NCBI GenBank assembly: GCA_018725275.1
Contig: QLUC01000003.1
Location: 1-33,730, forward strand
Direction of reading: 5' to 3'
Length of the DNA stretch: 33,730 bases
Source: Bacillota bacterium
Lineage (GTDB): Bacteria; Bacillota; UBA994
Numbering within the stretch: position 1 is the first letter of the stretch; each line of letters opens with the position of its first letter. The notes beneath the pieces are model-generated. The model saw only the letters and a program-made list of their open reading frames with translations. It was not told the DNA's origin and did not search any database. The position numbers were made by a program, and so were the translations under genes. Positions 1 to 7,949 of this stretch are shown one piece after another.

Positions 1-19
1 AAGAACGGGGGGTTAGGCA

Positions 20-607
20 GTGTGGCCTAAATGGTCGACTTCACACCAAAAAGAGACCAAAATCAACATCGACGCTATCTCCGCTGTGCAAGAAGTGAGT
101 CGTGCCGTTACGTTGGCCTTGGGAGGGCGTCTTTCCTTTACTCCTGGTGTTGTCGTCGTCTGCATTGGGTCCGACCGTTCCACGGGGGACGCCCTCGGAC
201 CCATCATTGGAACATTTCTCAGTCAAAGGCGGCTCCCTAACACCCAGATTTACGGCACGCTACAAGAACCCGTGCACGCTGCCAACCTCCACGAGACGCT
301 TTCCATCCTTTCTCGGAAACACGGGACAGCCAAAGTCGTGGCCGTCGATGCTTGCCTGGGCAAATCAGATAGTATCGGTGTCATTACCGTGGGCCTCGGC
401 AGCTTACGCCCAGGCGCGGGTGTCCATAAGGAACTGCCTCCCGTAGGCGACATCTATGTGACGGGAGTGGTCAACATCGGGGGGTTTATGGAGTACTTTG
501 TCCTGCAGAACACTCGCCTGTACTTGGTCTACCGACTGGCCGAGACCATTGCGGCCGGGCTCTCCACCGCGCTCGGAGGAACCGATGGCGACAAAATACG
601 CGCTTAA
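20..607 (+). CDS. yyaC: Spore protease YyaC (DUF1256, GPR-like)
   Basis: Signature motifs CIGSDRSTGDALGP, YGTLQEPVHAANL, VDACLG, PGAGVHKELPPVGD and LQNTRL; GTG start after a G-rich RBS. Confidence 0.92.
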   Translation: MWPKWSTSHQKETKINIDAISAVQEVSRAVTLALGGRLSFTPGVVVVCIGSDRSTGDALGPIIGTFLSQRRLPNTQIYGTLQEPVHAANLHETLSILSRKHGTAKVVAVDACLGKSDSIGVITVGLGSLRPGAGVHKELPPVGDIYVTGVVNIGGFMEYFVLQNTRLYLVYRLAETIAAGLSTALGGTDGDKIRA

Positions 608-608
608 A

Positions 609-3600
609 TTAGGAGCAACCGGTGGTGGTGCCACAGTCTAGGCAGACTTTGCACGTTCCATTTATTGCCATACGAAAACTCGAGCAGTTCGAGCAAGTGG
701 AATGATACAGCTTTTCGCCGTTTTTCTCGGCATCGCGGATAATTTCCTCCACACCGCTAGGTTGGCGCGCCGGCAGACTGTCCGCAAACCTCGCTTTGGC
801 CCGCAAAATGACATCGTCACTCTCTGGCTTCACTTGCACCCGCGAGAAATCCCCCAGTTCAATTTCAATGACCTTAGCAATCAGGTCAGATATGGAACTA
901 GCGGTTTTAATGTAAGGGTGACGGGTGACAAAGCCATGGGGTTCATATTTTTGTCCCCGCAGCATGCGGGCTATGTCTTCAGCCGGAATGTGGTACTGGA
1001 GCATGACCGAAATGGTCTTGGAGAGAGAATTGAGAAGCCCCGTGATTAGGCTACCTTCGCGGTCAGTACTCATGTAGATCTCGGATATCTTCCCAAATTT
1101 ATTGCGATTGACGGTAATGTATAGTTTCACATCTTCTATTTGGGCCGCATGAGTGCAGCCGGCGCGAATGCCGGTGATTTTTTCGCGCCTTGACCCAGGT
1201 AGTGGCGCGGCCAAACGGTCCCTGGCGACGCGAGCATATTCCAGCAAGGCCGCATAGTCGAGGTTCTCGAGGTCGGCCTCGCCGTCGGCACTGTCCACTT
1301 TGCTGTTCAACGGTTGGGTAAACTTTGAGCCGTCACGATACAAGGCTAGGCCCTTCACGCCTTTTTGCCAGGCCAGAATATGCACTTCTTTAAAGTCGGC
1401 GACGGTCGCCTGTGCGGGCAAATTAACTGTCTTCGAAATGGCCCCGCTGACGAGGGGAGTAAGGGCCGCGACCATCAGCACATGGCCGTGGTGATGGATG
1501 AAACGGCTGCCACTGCCGTTCTTACTGGCAGTATCGAACACGGCATAGTGCTCTTCTTTGAGGTGTGGCGCGCCTTCCATTTTGCCATCCGCCAACCTGC
1601 CATTTTCTGTCCGCCCAATATATTCGGCAATTTCGGCTACCTGCTCTGTAGAATAGCCCAACTTCCGGAGAGCGGTGTGTATTACAGGGTTGACTATGGT
1701 CATAAAGCCGCCGCCAACCAGTTTCTTGTAGGCTACATGCGAGAAGAAAGGCTCGATTGACGTCGCCGCACAGTCCATAGCAAAGGAGATTGTGCCTGTC
1801 GGCGCCACCACCGTTACCTGGGCGTGCCGATAACCATACAAATCCCCAAGCTCTACTGCCTCCGCCCAACACTCTTTGAGAGTCGTTGATAATTCTGGCC
1901 ATCCTAGGTTTTGCAGCAGGCTATGGTCTACTTGGTATGGTTCGTAATGCAGCCCCTCATAAGCATCACTAAGAGCCCCGGCCACCCGCGCATGGTTCCG
2001 TATAACCCGCTTCATGTGCGCCTGATTGATGTCGTACTTCTCAAAAGGGCCGGCGACTTGGGCTATGAGGGCGGAAACGCGGTAGCTCTCCCCCGTGACC
2101 ACGCCCATCAGAGCCGCCGCTAGGCTACGAGCTTCCGGCGAATCATAAGGCAGGCCCGTGGCCATCAGCAATGCGGCTAAATTGGCTACCCCTAGGCCGG
2201 TGGTACGAAAGAGATAGGTCTTGCGAGCTATATCCTCGGTGGGAAACTGCCCCCATATAATCGAGGCCTCGAGCACCAACTGGGACAACCTAATCATGTG
2301 CCGGTAGCCTTCTAGGTCAAACTGGCCGTTTTCGCTGTCATAAAAACGATAGAGGTTGAGAGAGCCCAAGTTGCAGCTGGTATCGTCAAGAAAGGCGTAT
2401 TCCCCGCAAGGGTTAGTCGCATTGAGTCGATTATGCGGGGCCCACAGCTGGCCATCCTCGCCGGCCGGGCAGGTATGCCAAGCATTAAAGGTGTCCGTAA
2501 ACTGTGGGGCAGGGTCGGCCACGCGGTGCGCGGCCTCGTTAAATAGTTCCCACAAGTGCAATACAGAGACCTCCCTGTCCACGGCGTGGTCCTTCCTACC
2601 GGTGAGCCTCATAGTCTGCGTGGGGTCTTCACTTAACTTTTGCACCTGCTGCATAAAACTATCGGGGATGCGCAGAGAATTGTTTGAGTTTTGCCCTGAG
2701 ACTGTCTCGTAAGCCTCCCCATCGATATCTGTCGAGTAACCCATCTTCGCTAGCGCCCGCACCTTGTCTTCTTCGCGGACCTTCCACAGGATAAAGTTTT
2801 CAATCTCGGGATGATCGATATCCAAAGAGACCATTTTTGCCGCCCGCCTAGTAGTCCCACCGGATTTTATCCCGCCGGCATTGCGGTCAAGCCCTTTTAG
2901 AAAGCTCATGAGACCCGAGGAAAATCCCCCACCTGAGAGCCTCTCGCCAACGGCGCGCAGTGGCGAAAAGTTTGTGCCAGTGCCGGAGCCACCTTTAAAG
3001 AGGGCCGTCTCGGTGACATAGTGCTCGGAAATTGAGTTTTTGCCGAGCAACCTGTCCTCAATGGACAAGATGAAACAGGCCGAAGCCTGGGTTCGAGTGT
3101 AGGTATCCTTCGACGCCACGACTTTCTTTTGCTTTGGGTCATAGTACAAGTGGCCGTTTTCACTGCCCTTAATGCCGTAACTACGGGCTAGACCAGTGTT
3201 AAACCATTGCGGAGAATTAGGAGCAAAAACTTGGTTGAGCAGCCCATAGGCAACTTCGTCGTAGAAGATGAGCCTTTGCTCTTCTGTCTTGAGTATTCCT
3301 TCCTCACTGAGGGCCGCGGTCCAGAAATCGACCAGGCGATGCACCAACATCTTTAGTGAATTTTCCTGCCCGCTCTCGTTATTCACCCCAGCTTTGCGGA
3401 AGTACTTTGAGGCAATAATGTCTACCGCGTTTTGCGAGTAGTGGGTTGGAAACTCTAGATTCTTCATATCAGTTAGTACTTTCCCCGTCTTATGGTCCTT
3501 CAGGAGTACATCTCTCTTTGACCACTCAAACATATCATAAACCGAGAGGTCGGGACGCCCCTCGAGTTCTTTGGTGTAGTAACGCACGATAAACTTGTCA

Positions 3601-3611
3601 AGATTAATCAT
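609..3611 (-). CDS. nrdJ: Class II (adenosylcobalamin-dependent) ribonucleotide reductase with C-terminal TSCPD-like and Cys-rich tail
   Basis: Motifs PNSPQWFN, QASACFI, GGSGTGTN, RRAAKM, NPCGEY (thiyl Cys), SCNLGSLNL, APTGTIS and C-terminal CxxC...CxxCxxC...GCS. Start placed at ATG 3611 (RBS AGGTG/GGGGG); the ORF track's TTG at 3653 is an alternative. Confidence 0.95.
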   Translation of the reverse strand: MINLDKFIVRYYTKELEGRPDLSVYDMFEWSKRDVLLKDHKTGKVLTDMKNLEFPTHYSQNAVDIIASKYFRKAGVNNESGQENSLKMLVHRLVDFWTAALSEEGILKTEEQRLIFYDEVAYGLLNQVFAPNSPQWFNTGLARSYGIKGSENGHLYYDPKQKKVVASKDTYTRTQASACFILSIEDRLLGKNSISEHYVTETALFKGGSGTGTNFSPLRAVGERLSGGGFSSGLMSFLKGLDRNAGGIKSGGTTRRAAKMVSLDIDHPEIENFILWKVREEDKVRALAKMGYSTDIDGEAYETVSGQNSNNSLRIPDSFMQQVQKLSEDPTQTMRLTGRKDHAVDREVSVLHLWELFNEAAHRVADPAPQFTDTFNAWHTCPAGEDGQLWAPHNRLNATNPCGEYAFLDDTSCNLGSLNLYRFYDSENGQFDLEGYRHMIRLSQLVLEASIIWGQFPTEDIARKTYLFRTTGLGVANLAALLMATGLPYDSPEARSLAAALMGVVTGESYRVSALIAQVAGPFEKYDINQAHMKRVIRNHARVAGALSDAYEGLHYEPYQVDHSLLQNLGWPELSTTLKECWAEAVELGDLYGYRHAQVTVVAPTGTISFAMDCAATSIEPFFSHVAYKKLVGGGFMTIVNPVIHTALRKLGYSTEQVAEIAEYIGRTENGRLADGKMEGAPHLKEEHYAVFDTASKNGSGSRFIHHHGHVLMVAALTPLVSGAISKTVNLPAQATVADFKEVHILAWQKGVKGLALYRDGSKFTQPLNSKVDSADGEADLENLDYAALLEYARVARDRLAAPLPGSRREKITGIRAGCTHAAQIEDVKLYITVNRNKFGKISEIYMSTDREGSLITGLLNSLSKTISVMLQYHIPAEDIARMLRGQKYEPHGFVTRHPYIKTASSISDLIAKVIEIELGDFSRVQVKPESDDVILRAKARFADSLPARQPSGVEEIIRDAEKNGEKLYHSTCSNCSSFRMAINGTCKVCLDCGTTTGCS

Positions 3612-3696
3612 AAGTCGGCCCCCAATCACCTGTTTTACTTGCCACCAAGCCAATTACTCCCTGCACTGAAGGTAGCGCATCAATGCGTTATCGCTC

Positions 3697-3744
3697 TCGC
3701 AATATATTGTATCATGAAGTTAATGCTACCACTATATGTTGTGT
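3697..3744. promoter_or_regulatory. Tandem NrdR boxes
   Basis: TCGCAATATATTGTAT (3697-3712) and CCACTATATGTTGTGT (3729-3744) match the acaCwAtATaTwGtgt consensus, lie 32 bp apart start to start, and sit directly upstream of nrdJ. Confidence 0.88.
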
Positions 3745-3756
3745 AATGAGCTGGTC

Positions 3757-3784
3757 ATAGTAGTCAGGTGGGCATAGTGGTCAA
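3757..3784 (-). promoter_or_regulatory. Putative sigmaA promoter of nrdJ
   Basis: Minus strand TTGACC-N16-TACTAT, immediately upstream of the NrdR boxes. Confidence 0.55.
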
Positions 3785-3820
3785 ACAATAAAATATGGTT
3801 CCTGCAAAAAACAGAAACCA
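3783..3820 (-). terminator. Putative intrinsic terminator after the lipid kinase gene
   Basis: Minus strand TGGTTTCTG-ttttttg-CAGGAACCA hairpin (one G:U pair) followed by the T-rich tail TATTTTATTGTTT. Confidence 0.5.
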
Positions 3821-3905
3821 GCCTTTGATTGCACTGCCATTGGTATGCTCAATCTATTACCACCAGAAACGCTCTACAGGCGCCAATGTGCTGAAAACCA
3901 CCGTG

Positions 3906-4784
3906 CTAGGGCAAAAATACTTTTTGTTTAGTTTCGGCAATGTGGAACTCCTGCGGTAGTATCCCCAAGACCTCGCCATCGGCCTGGACAGCCATCTTCG
4001 CCAAAGACGATATCCGAACACGGCGCGCCCGATGCATCTCTACCGCTTGATGGTGGACATGCTCACCCTTAAAAGTTTTTGGGATCAACTTAATGAGCTC
4101 AAACTTCGTGATCTCTTTGACAATGCAGACATCAAAGAGGTCATCATCAAGCTCCGCCTGGGGCGCGATCATGAGTCCACCGCCGAAATAGCGAGCATTG
4201 GCGATGGCGACAAACCACACCTTGGCATGACGCACTTGGCCATCAAGTTCGATGTCCACCTCTTGGGGAGTATAGAAAACTAGTTGCCGCAAGATCGAGG
4301 CTACATAGGCCATGTACCCGCGAAAATATCTCTTGCCCCAGGTATTAGCTGTCAAACCCACCTCTGCATCGAAACCAGCCCCTGCGATATTAATAAAATG
4401 TCGCTCTCCAACGCGGCCAATATTTATTTCCTGCACCTTAGCTCTGGCAATGACCTGGCAGGCCCCTACGGTGTCGCGCGAGCTAACGCCAAAAGTGCGT
4501 CCGAAATCGTTGCCAGACCCGGCAGGTATAAAACCTAAAATTACTCCGCTACCAGCCACCCCGTTGACCACTTCGTTTAAAGTGCCATCACCGCCCATAG
4601 AGACCACGGCCTCGTAGCCGGACTGCACCGCTTGTCTGGCTAATTCCGTGGCATGTCCGGGTTTTTCGGTGAACATCGGCGTAAAATTAATCCCTGCGCT
4701 CTGAAAGTAGTTGGCGACACCTAGATACTTTTGCCCGCACCCACCGTTGCCGGCAATTTTATTGACGATAAGAGCTATGCGCAA
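3906..4784 (-). CDS. Diacylglycerol/lipid kinase, YegS/DgkB/BmrU family
   Basis: GGDGTLNEV, PAGSGNDF, GAGFDAEV, NARYFGGG and QADGE motifs; RBS GGAGG. Confidence 0.9.
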   Translation of the reverse strand: MRIALIVNKIAGNGGCGQKYLGVANYFQSAGINFTPMFTEKPGHATELARQAVQSGYEAVVSMGGDGTLNEVVNGVAGSGVILGFIPAGSGNDFGRTFGVSSRDTVGACQVIARAKVQEINIGRVGERHFINIAGAGFDAEVGLTANTWGKRYFRGYMAYVASILRQLVFYTPQEVDIELDGQVRHAKVWFVAIANARYFGGGLMIAPQAELDDDLFDVCIVKEITKFELIKLIPKTFKGEHVHHQAVEMHRARRVRISSLAKMAVQADGEVLGILPQEFHIAETKQKVFLP

Positions 4785-4834
4785 TGTAGTGCCTCCATAC
4801 TTTTCACCCTAGCCTCTTGCTGCCAGGGCACTCT

Positions 4835-5230
4835 CTATTCCTTTTTTTGTATCCCTATTTCTGGCGCTTGCATATTGCACTGCCCGTGAAAGATGGCTCC
4901 GTCGGCGATTACTACTTTGCCAGCCGTCATATCACCGTAGAGCTTGCCTGTACCGGCAATGTCCATTGTGCCCACAACAAAGATATTTCCCCTGATGGTA
5001 CCGCCCAGTTTGATGGAGCGACTGTGCACCTCAGCCTCTACAACCCCAGTGTCGCCCACGACTAGGTCGCCCGCACAGTCCACCTTACCCTCGACGCGCC
5101 CATCAATGCGCAATGTACCCTTAACTCGGATATCACCGACGAAGACTGTACCCGCGCCAATAATGGTATCCACCTTGTCGTGCTGGCGCTCCTGCTGAAT
5201 ATCGCTCTTCGGTTTGCTGCTGCCAAACAT
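4835..5230 (-). CDS. Bactofilin (polymer-forming cytoskeletal protein, CcmA-like)
   Basis: TIIGAGTVFVGDIRVKGTLRIDGRVEGKV beta-helix repeats ending IADGAIFHGQCNM; N-terminal MFG motif. Confidence 0.92.
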   Translation of the reverse strand: MFGSSKPKSDIQQERQHDKVDTIIGAGTVFVGDIRVKGTLRIDGRVEGKVDCAGDLVVGDTGVVEAEVHSRSIKLGGTIRGNIFVVGTMDIAGTGKLYGDMTAGKVVIADGAIFHGQCNMQAPEIGIQKKE

Positions 5231-5238
5231 CTCTTTCC

Positions 5239-6177
5239 CTACCTCGCTTCTAAGAATCGCATGGGATTGACGGTCGTGCCACCCACCCGCACTTCATAGT
5301 GTAAGTGCGGGGCAGTGCTGCGCCCGGTACTGCCCACGAGCCCAACTAGTTGCCCCTTGGCAACCTCTTGTCCAACGCGCACGGATATTCTGGAGAGATG
5401 AGCGTAGACAGTGCTGAAACCAAAACCATGGTCAACGAAGACCACGTTACCATAACCCCCATTAAAGCTGGCCATGCGCACCGTGCCTGCTGCGGTAGCA
5501 TGGACCGGCGTACCGCGCGGGGCGGCAATATCTATGCCGGCATGAAACTCGCGGCCGGCGCCAAAGGGTGAGCGGCGCAGGCCAAACCCAGAGGTGATAT
5601 CCCCCTCGACCGGCCACAGGGAAGGAGTAGCCTCTTCTTTTGCTCGGCGTTCCCCCACCTGCTGCTCAAGCCCCTTGAGGCTGTCCTCTGTCTCGGGGAG
5701 AGCTTCTTTGATAGATTCGATACTCTGCTCGGTGCGCAACAGTGTCGCCGCCAAACTCAGGCTGCGATTGGTCAATTGTGCGCGGGTCACGCCTTCTTGT
5801 GCTATAGCTAGGGTAGGCTGAACACGAGCCGAGGTGGTGACTCGGCTACTGCCCAATTTCATCATTTCTCGAATCGAGGTGTCTAAAGCCTGTATCTCCT
5901 GTAGCTGGGTCTGCAGTTCGGTGGTCTGCTTGGCCAGAAACAATATATGTTCCTGTTGCTGCCTGTTTTCAAGCATCAAGCCATGGTAGTTTGCTAGTTG
6001 CAGTTTAGTCTGTCTAAGGGAATATATGAGACTGATGGAGCTGATAAAGAGCACCACTAAGGCTATACCACCCCAGTGCAACCACCAATACGGCATGCGC
6101 ATGGCATAAGTCTCTTCGTCCCCATGCGGAATAATCATTAGGGTAAATTCTTTTTCTTGTTTCTTGTTCGAAACCAA
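5239..6177 (-). CDS. Membrane-anchored M23 family peptidoglycan endopeptidase (TM, coiled coil, M23 domain)
   Basis: N-terminal FTLMIIPH and a TM segment, coiled coil, Zn ligands HAGID, YAHL and PHLHYEV. Start placed at TTG 6177 after RBS GAGGGGAGGGG. Confidence 0.92.
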   Translation of the reverse strand: MVSNKKQEKEFTLMIIPHGDEETYAMRMPYWWLHWGGIALVVLFISSISLIYSLRQTKLQLANYHGLMLENRQQQEHILFLAKQTTELQTQLQEIQALDTSIREMMKLGSSRVTTSARVQPTLAIAQEGVTRAQLTNRSLSLAATLLRTEQSIESIKEALPETEDSLKGLEQQVGERRAKEEATPSLWPVEGDITSGFGLRRSPFGAGREFHAGIDIAAPRGTPVHATAAGTVRMASFNGGYGNVVFVDHGFGFSTVYAHLSRISVRVGQEVAKGQLVGLVGSTGRSTAPHLHYEVRVGGTTVNPMRFLEAR

Positions 6178-6208
6178 GTGACGACCCCTCCCCTCACGCA
6201 AAGGAATG

Positions 6209-6238
6209 CATTCTTTAGAGCATGCTCAATATCCTGCA
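6209..6238 (-). promoter_or_regulatory. Putative sigmaH promoter of the M23-bactofilin-kinase run
   Basis: Minus strand GCAGGATAT...AAAGAAT, with AGGA and GAAT 18 nt apart as in the sigmaH consensus. Confidence 0.5.
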
Positions 6239-6258
6239 AACATTACTTTGCCGTGCAA

Positions 6259-6720
6259 CTATTTATTTGTCTCTATAGCCTGCTCTATGGCTGCCCTCTC
6301 TTCTTTACTCAAGGGACTACTGGTGCCACCCTTGACCACCGGCTTGGCGTAAACTCTCGCTTCAGCCCGTCCGTAGATAGAGCTAACCACCACCCCACTG
6401 CCCTGAGCATCTAGCAGGGCGACCGCAAAGCTCATTTCTCCCCCGACATCACTAAAGGCATTAAACCTGACCATGCCCACCTTTTGGATGGCCTGCGCGA
6501 GCTTCTGCTCAACCTCCCACAATTGTTTCCCTTGGCTCTGGCGTTCCTGTTCTAAATGTTCTAAGTGGGCGGCTTGGGCGAGCAATACCTGCTCTAAGTT
6601 CCCTTGGTCTGTTCCGGTCATAAAGACCCGATACATGCGCCTCGCTTTAGCAAATTCAGAGTGCGCGAGAGCTGCCGTGAGCAAGGCCACTACCGACAAA
6701 AAAATCCCTATGGCGTCCAT
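6259..6720 (-). CDS. DUF4446 family membrane protein
   Basis: N-terminal TM, coiled coil, then QKVGMVRFNAFSDVGGEMSFAVALLD...SSIYGR...YAKPV...LSKEE. Start placed at ATG 6720 after GGAGG. Confidence 0.88.
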   Translation of the reverse strand: MDAIGIFLSVVALLTAALAHSEFAKARRMYRVFMTGTDQGNLEQVLLAQAAHLEHLEQERQSQGKQLWEVEQKLAQAIQKVGMVRFNAFSDVGGEMSFAVALLDAQGSGVVVSSIYGRAEARVYAKPVVKGGTSSPLSKEERAAIEQAIETNK

Positions 6721-6831
6721 ATCCAAGCCCTCCAATGCCACCTATGTCCTATGGCGAAAGTTTATGCCCAACACAGGGCCACTTATTTTATCACGCATTC
6801 TAAACATACGCTACCTCTACCACAGAGCGGT

Positions 6832-7779
6832 TCAAATCAGGAGCTGTGCTATTTCTGCTGCGTCGACATTAGCCCCACTAACTATACAGACTATGTTTTT
6901 TACACTAGAGGGCAAATCGTAAGTGCGCATCCCAGCTACTGCCACCGCCCCCGCCGTCTCCACCACTACTCGCATCTCACTGAGCAGATCTTTCTGGGCA
7001 TATCTGATATCTTCATCACTAACTTGGTGTAGCGCCGGCTTGTGCTTATGGACAATAGCAAAGGTCAGTTCTCCCGGAGTGCGCACGGCGACACCGTCAG
7101 CAATGGTGTGTAAGCTAGCCAGGGTAGACAAAGTGCCGGCGTCAACCGAGGCCTGCATGCAAGCGGCACCGTTTGGCTCCACGCCAATAATTTCCACCTT
7201 GGAGCAGAGTTGTTCTTTGGCGAGGAGCAAGCCTGCTAAGAGCCCACCCCCACCAACAGGCGCAAAGACAACATCTGTTTCTGGACGGTCAGCTAAAATT
7301 TCCGCTAAAATGGTTGCTTGTCCTTCCATGATGCGCGGATGGTTGAAACTTGGCACGTAGACATACCCCTCCTGGGCCGATAAAAGTTCGGCTTGCTCCC
7401 GCGCTTCGTCGTAACAACTGCCGTGTAAAAGTACTGTGGCCCCATATCCTTTAGCTCTCTCCTGTTTGACGAGCGAAGCATTCTTGGGCATGACCACTAT
7501 GCACTCTAGTCCTAAAATCTTCCCACTGAGCGCCAATCCTAGGCCGTGACTGCCACTAGAGGCCGTAATAACCTTACTCTCTGCCTCTTTGCCGCTCATT
7601 GTCAGCAAAAAATTCATGGCACCGCGAAATTTAAAAGCCCTGGTTTTTTGCAGGCTTTCTATTTTGAGAAAAATACGTTTCCCCGTTTGGGCTGAGAGGT
7701 GCTCCACCTCTACTAAGGGGGTGCGAATTATATACGGCCGAAGACGCTCCAAACAGCTGCTGACATTGAAATTGGCCAT
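6832..7779 (-). CDS. PLP-dependent threonine/serine dehydratase family enzyme, catalytic domain only (no ACT domain)
   Basis: RTPL, LKIESLQKTRAFKFRGA (PLP Lys), PVGGGGL, TIADGVAV and SGAN motifs. Start placed at ATG 7779 after AGGGAGG. Confidence 0.88.
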   Translation of the reverse strand: MANFNVSSCLERLRPYIIRTPLVEVEHLSAQTGKRIFLKIESLQKTRAFKFRGAMNFLLTMSGKEAESKVITASSGSHGLGLALSGKILGLECIVVMPKNASLVKQERAKGYGATVLLHGSCYDEAREQAELLSAQEGYVYVPSFNHPRIMEGQATILAEILADRPETDVVFAPVGGGGLLAGLLLAKEQLCSKVEIIGVEPNGAACMQASVDAGTLSTLASLHTIADGVAVRTPGELTFAIVHKHKPALHQVSDEDIRYAQKDLLSEMRVVVETAGAVAVAGMRTYDLPSSVKNIVCIVSGANVDAAEIAQLLI

Positions 7780-7949
7780 GTTTCTTCCTCCCTTTCCTGC
7801 AATTCTACTCTTCGTTATCCCAAACTTCGTTCGCGCAACCCCGTTTTGAGCGCTATCATTCCTGTCGCCTCTTGCCATCCGCATTGGATATTGTCTGGAG
7901 CTAATCCACACACTAAGGAGCGTAGAATTACGGTTAGAGGTGACAGAGC

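Noticed and set aside
609-3611. Possible intein in the 1000-aa RNR
   Set aside because: Catalytic motifs are contiguous and there are no C...HN-C/S/T junctions; the length is explained by the C-terminal domain.
3612-3905. Cobalamin riboswitch upstream of nrdJ
   Set aside because: No B12-box or conserved GGGAA core seen; the space is accounted for by NrdR boxes, promoter and terminator.
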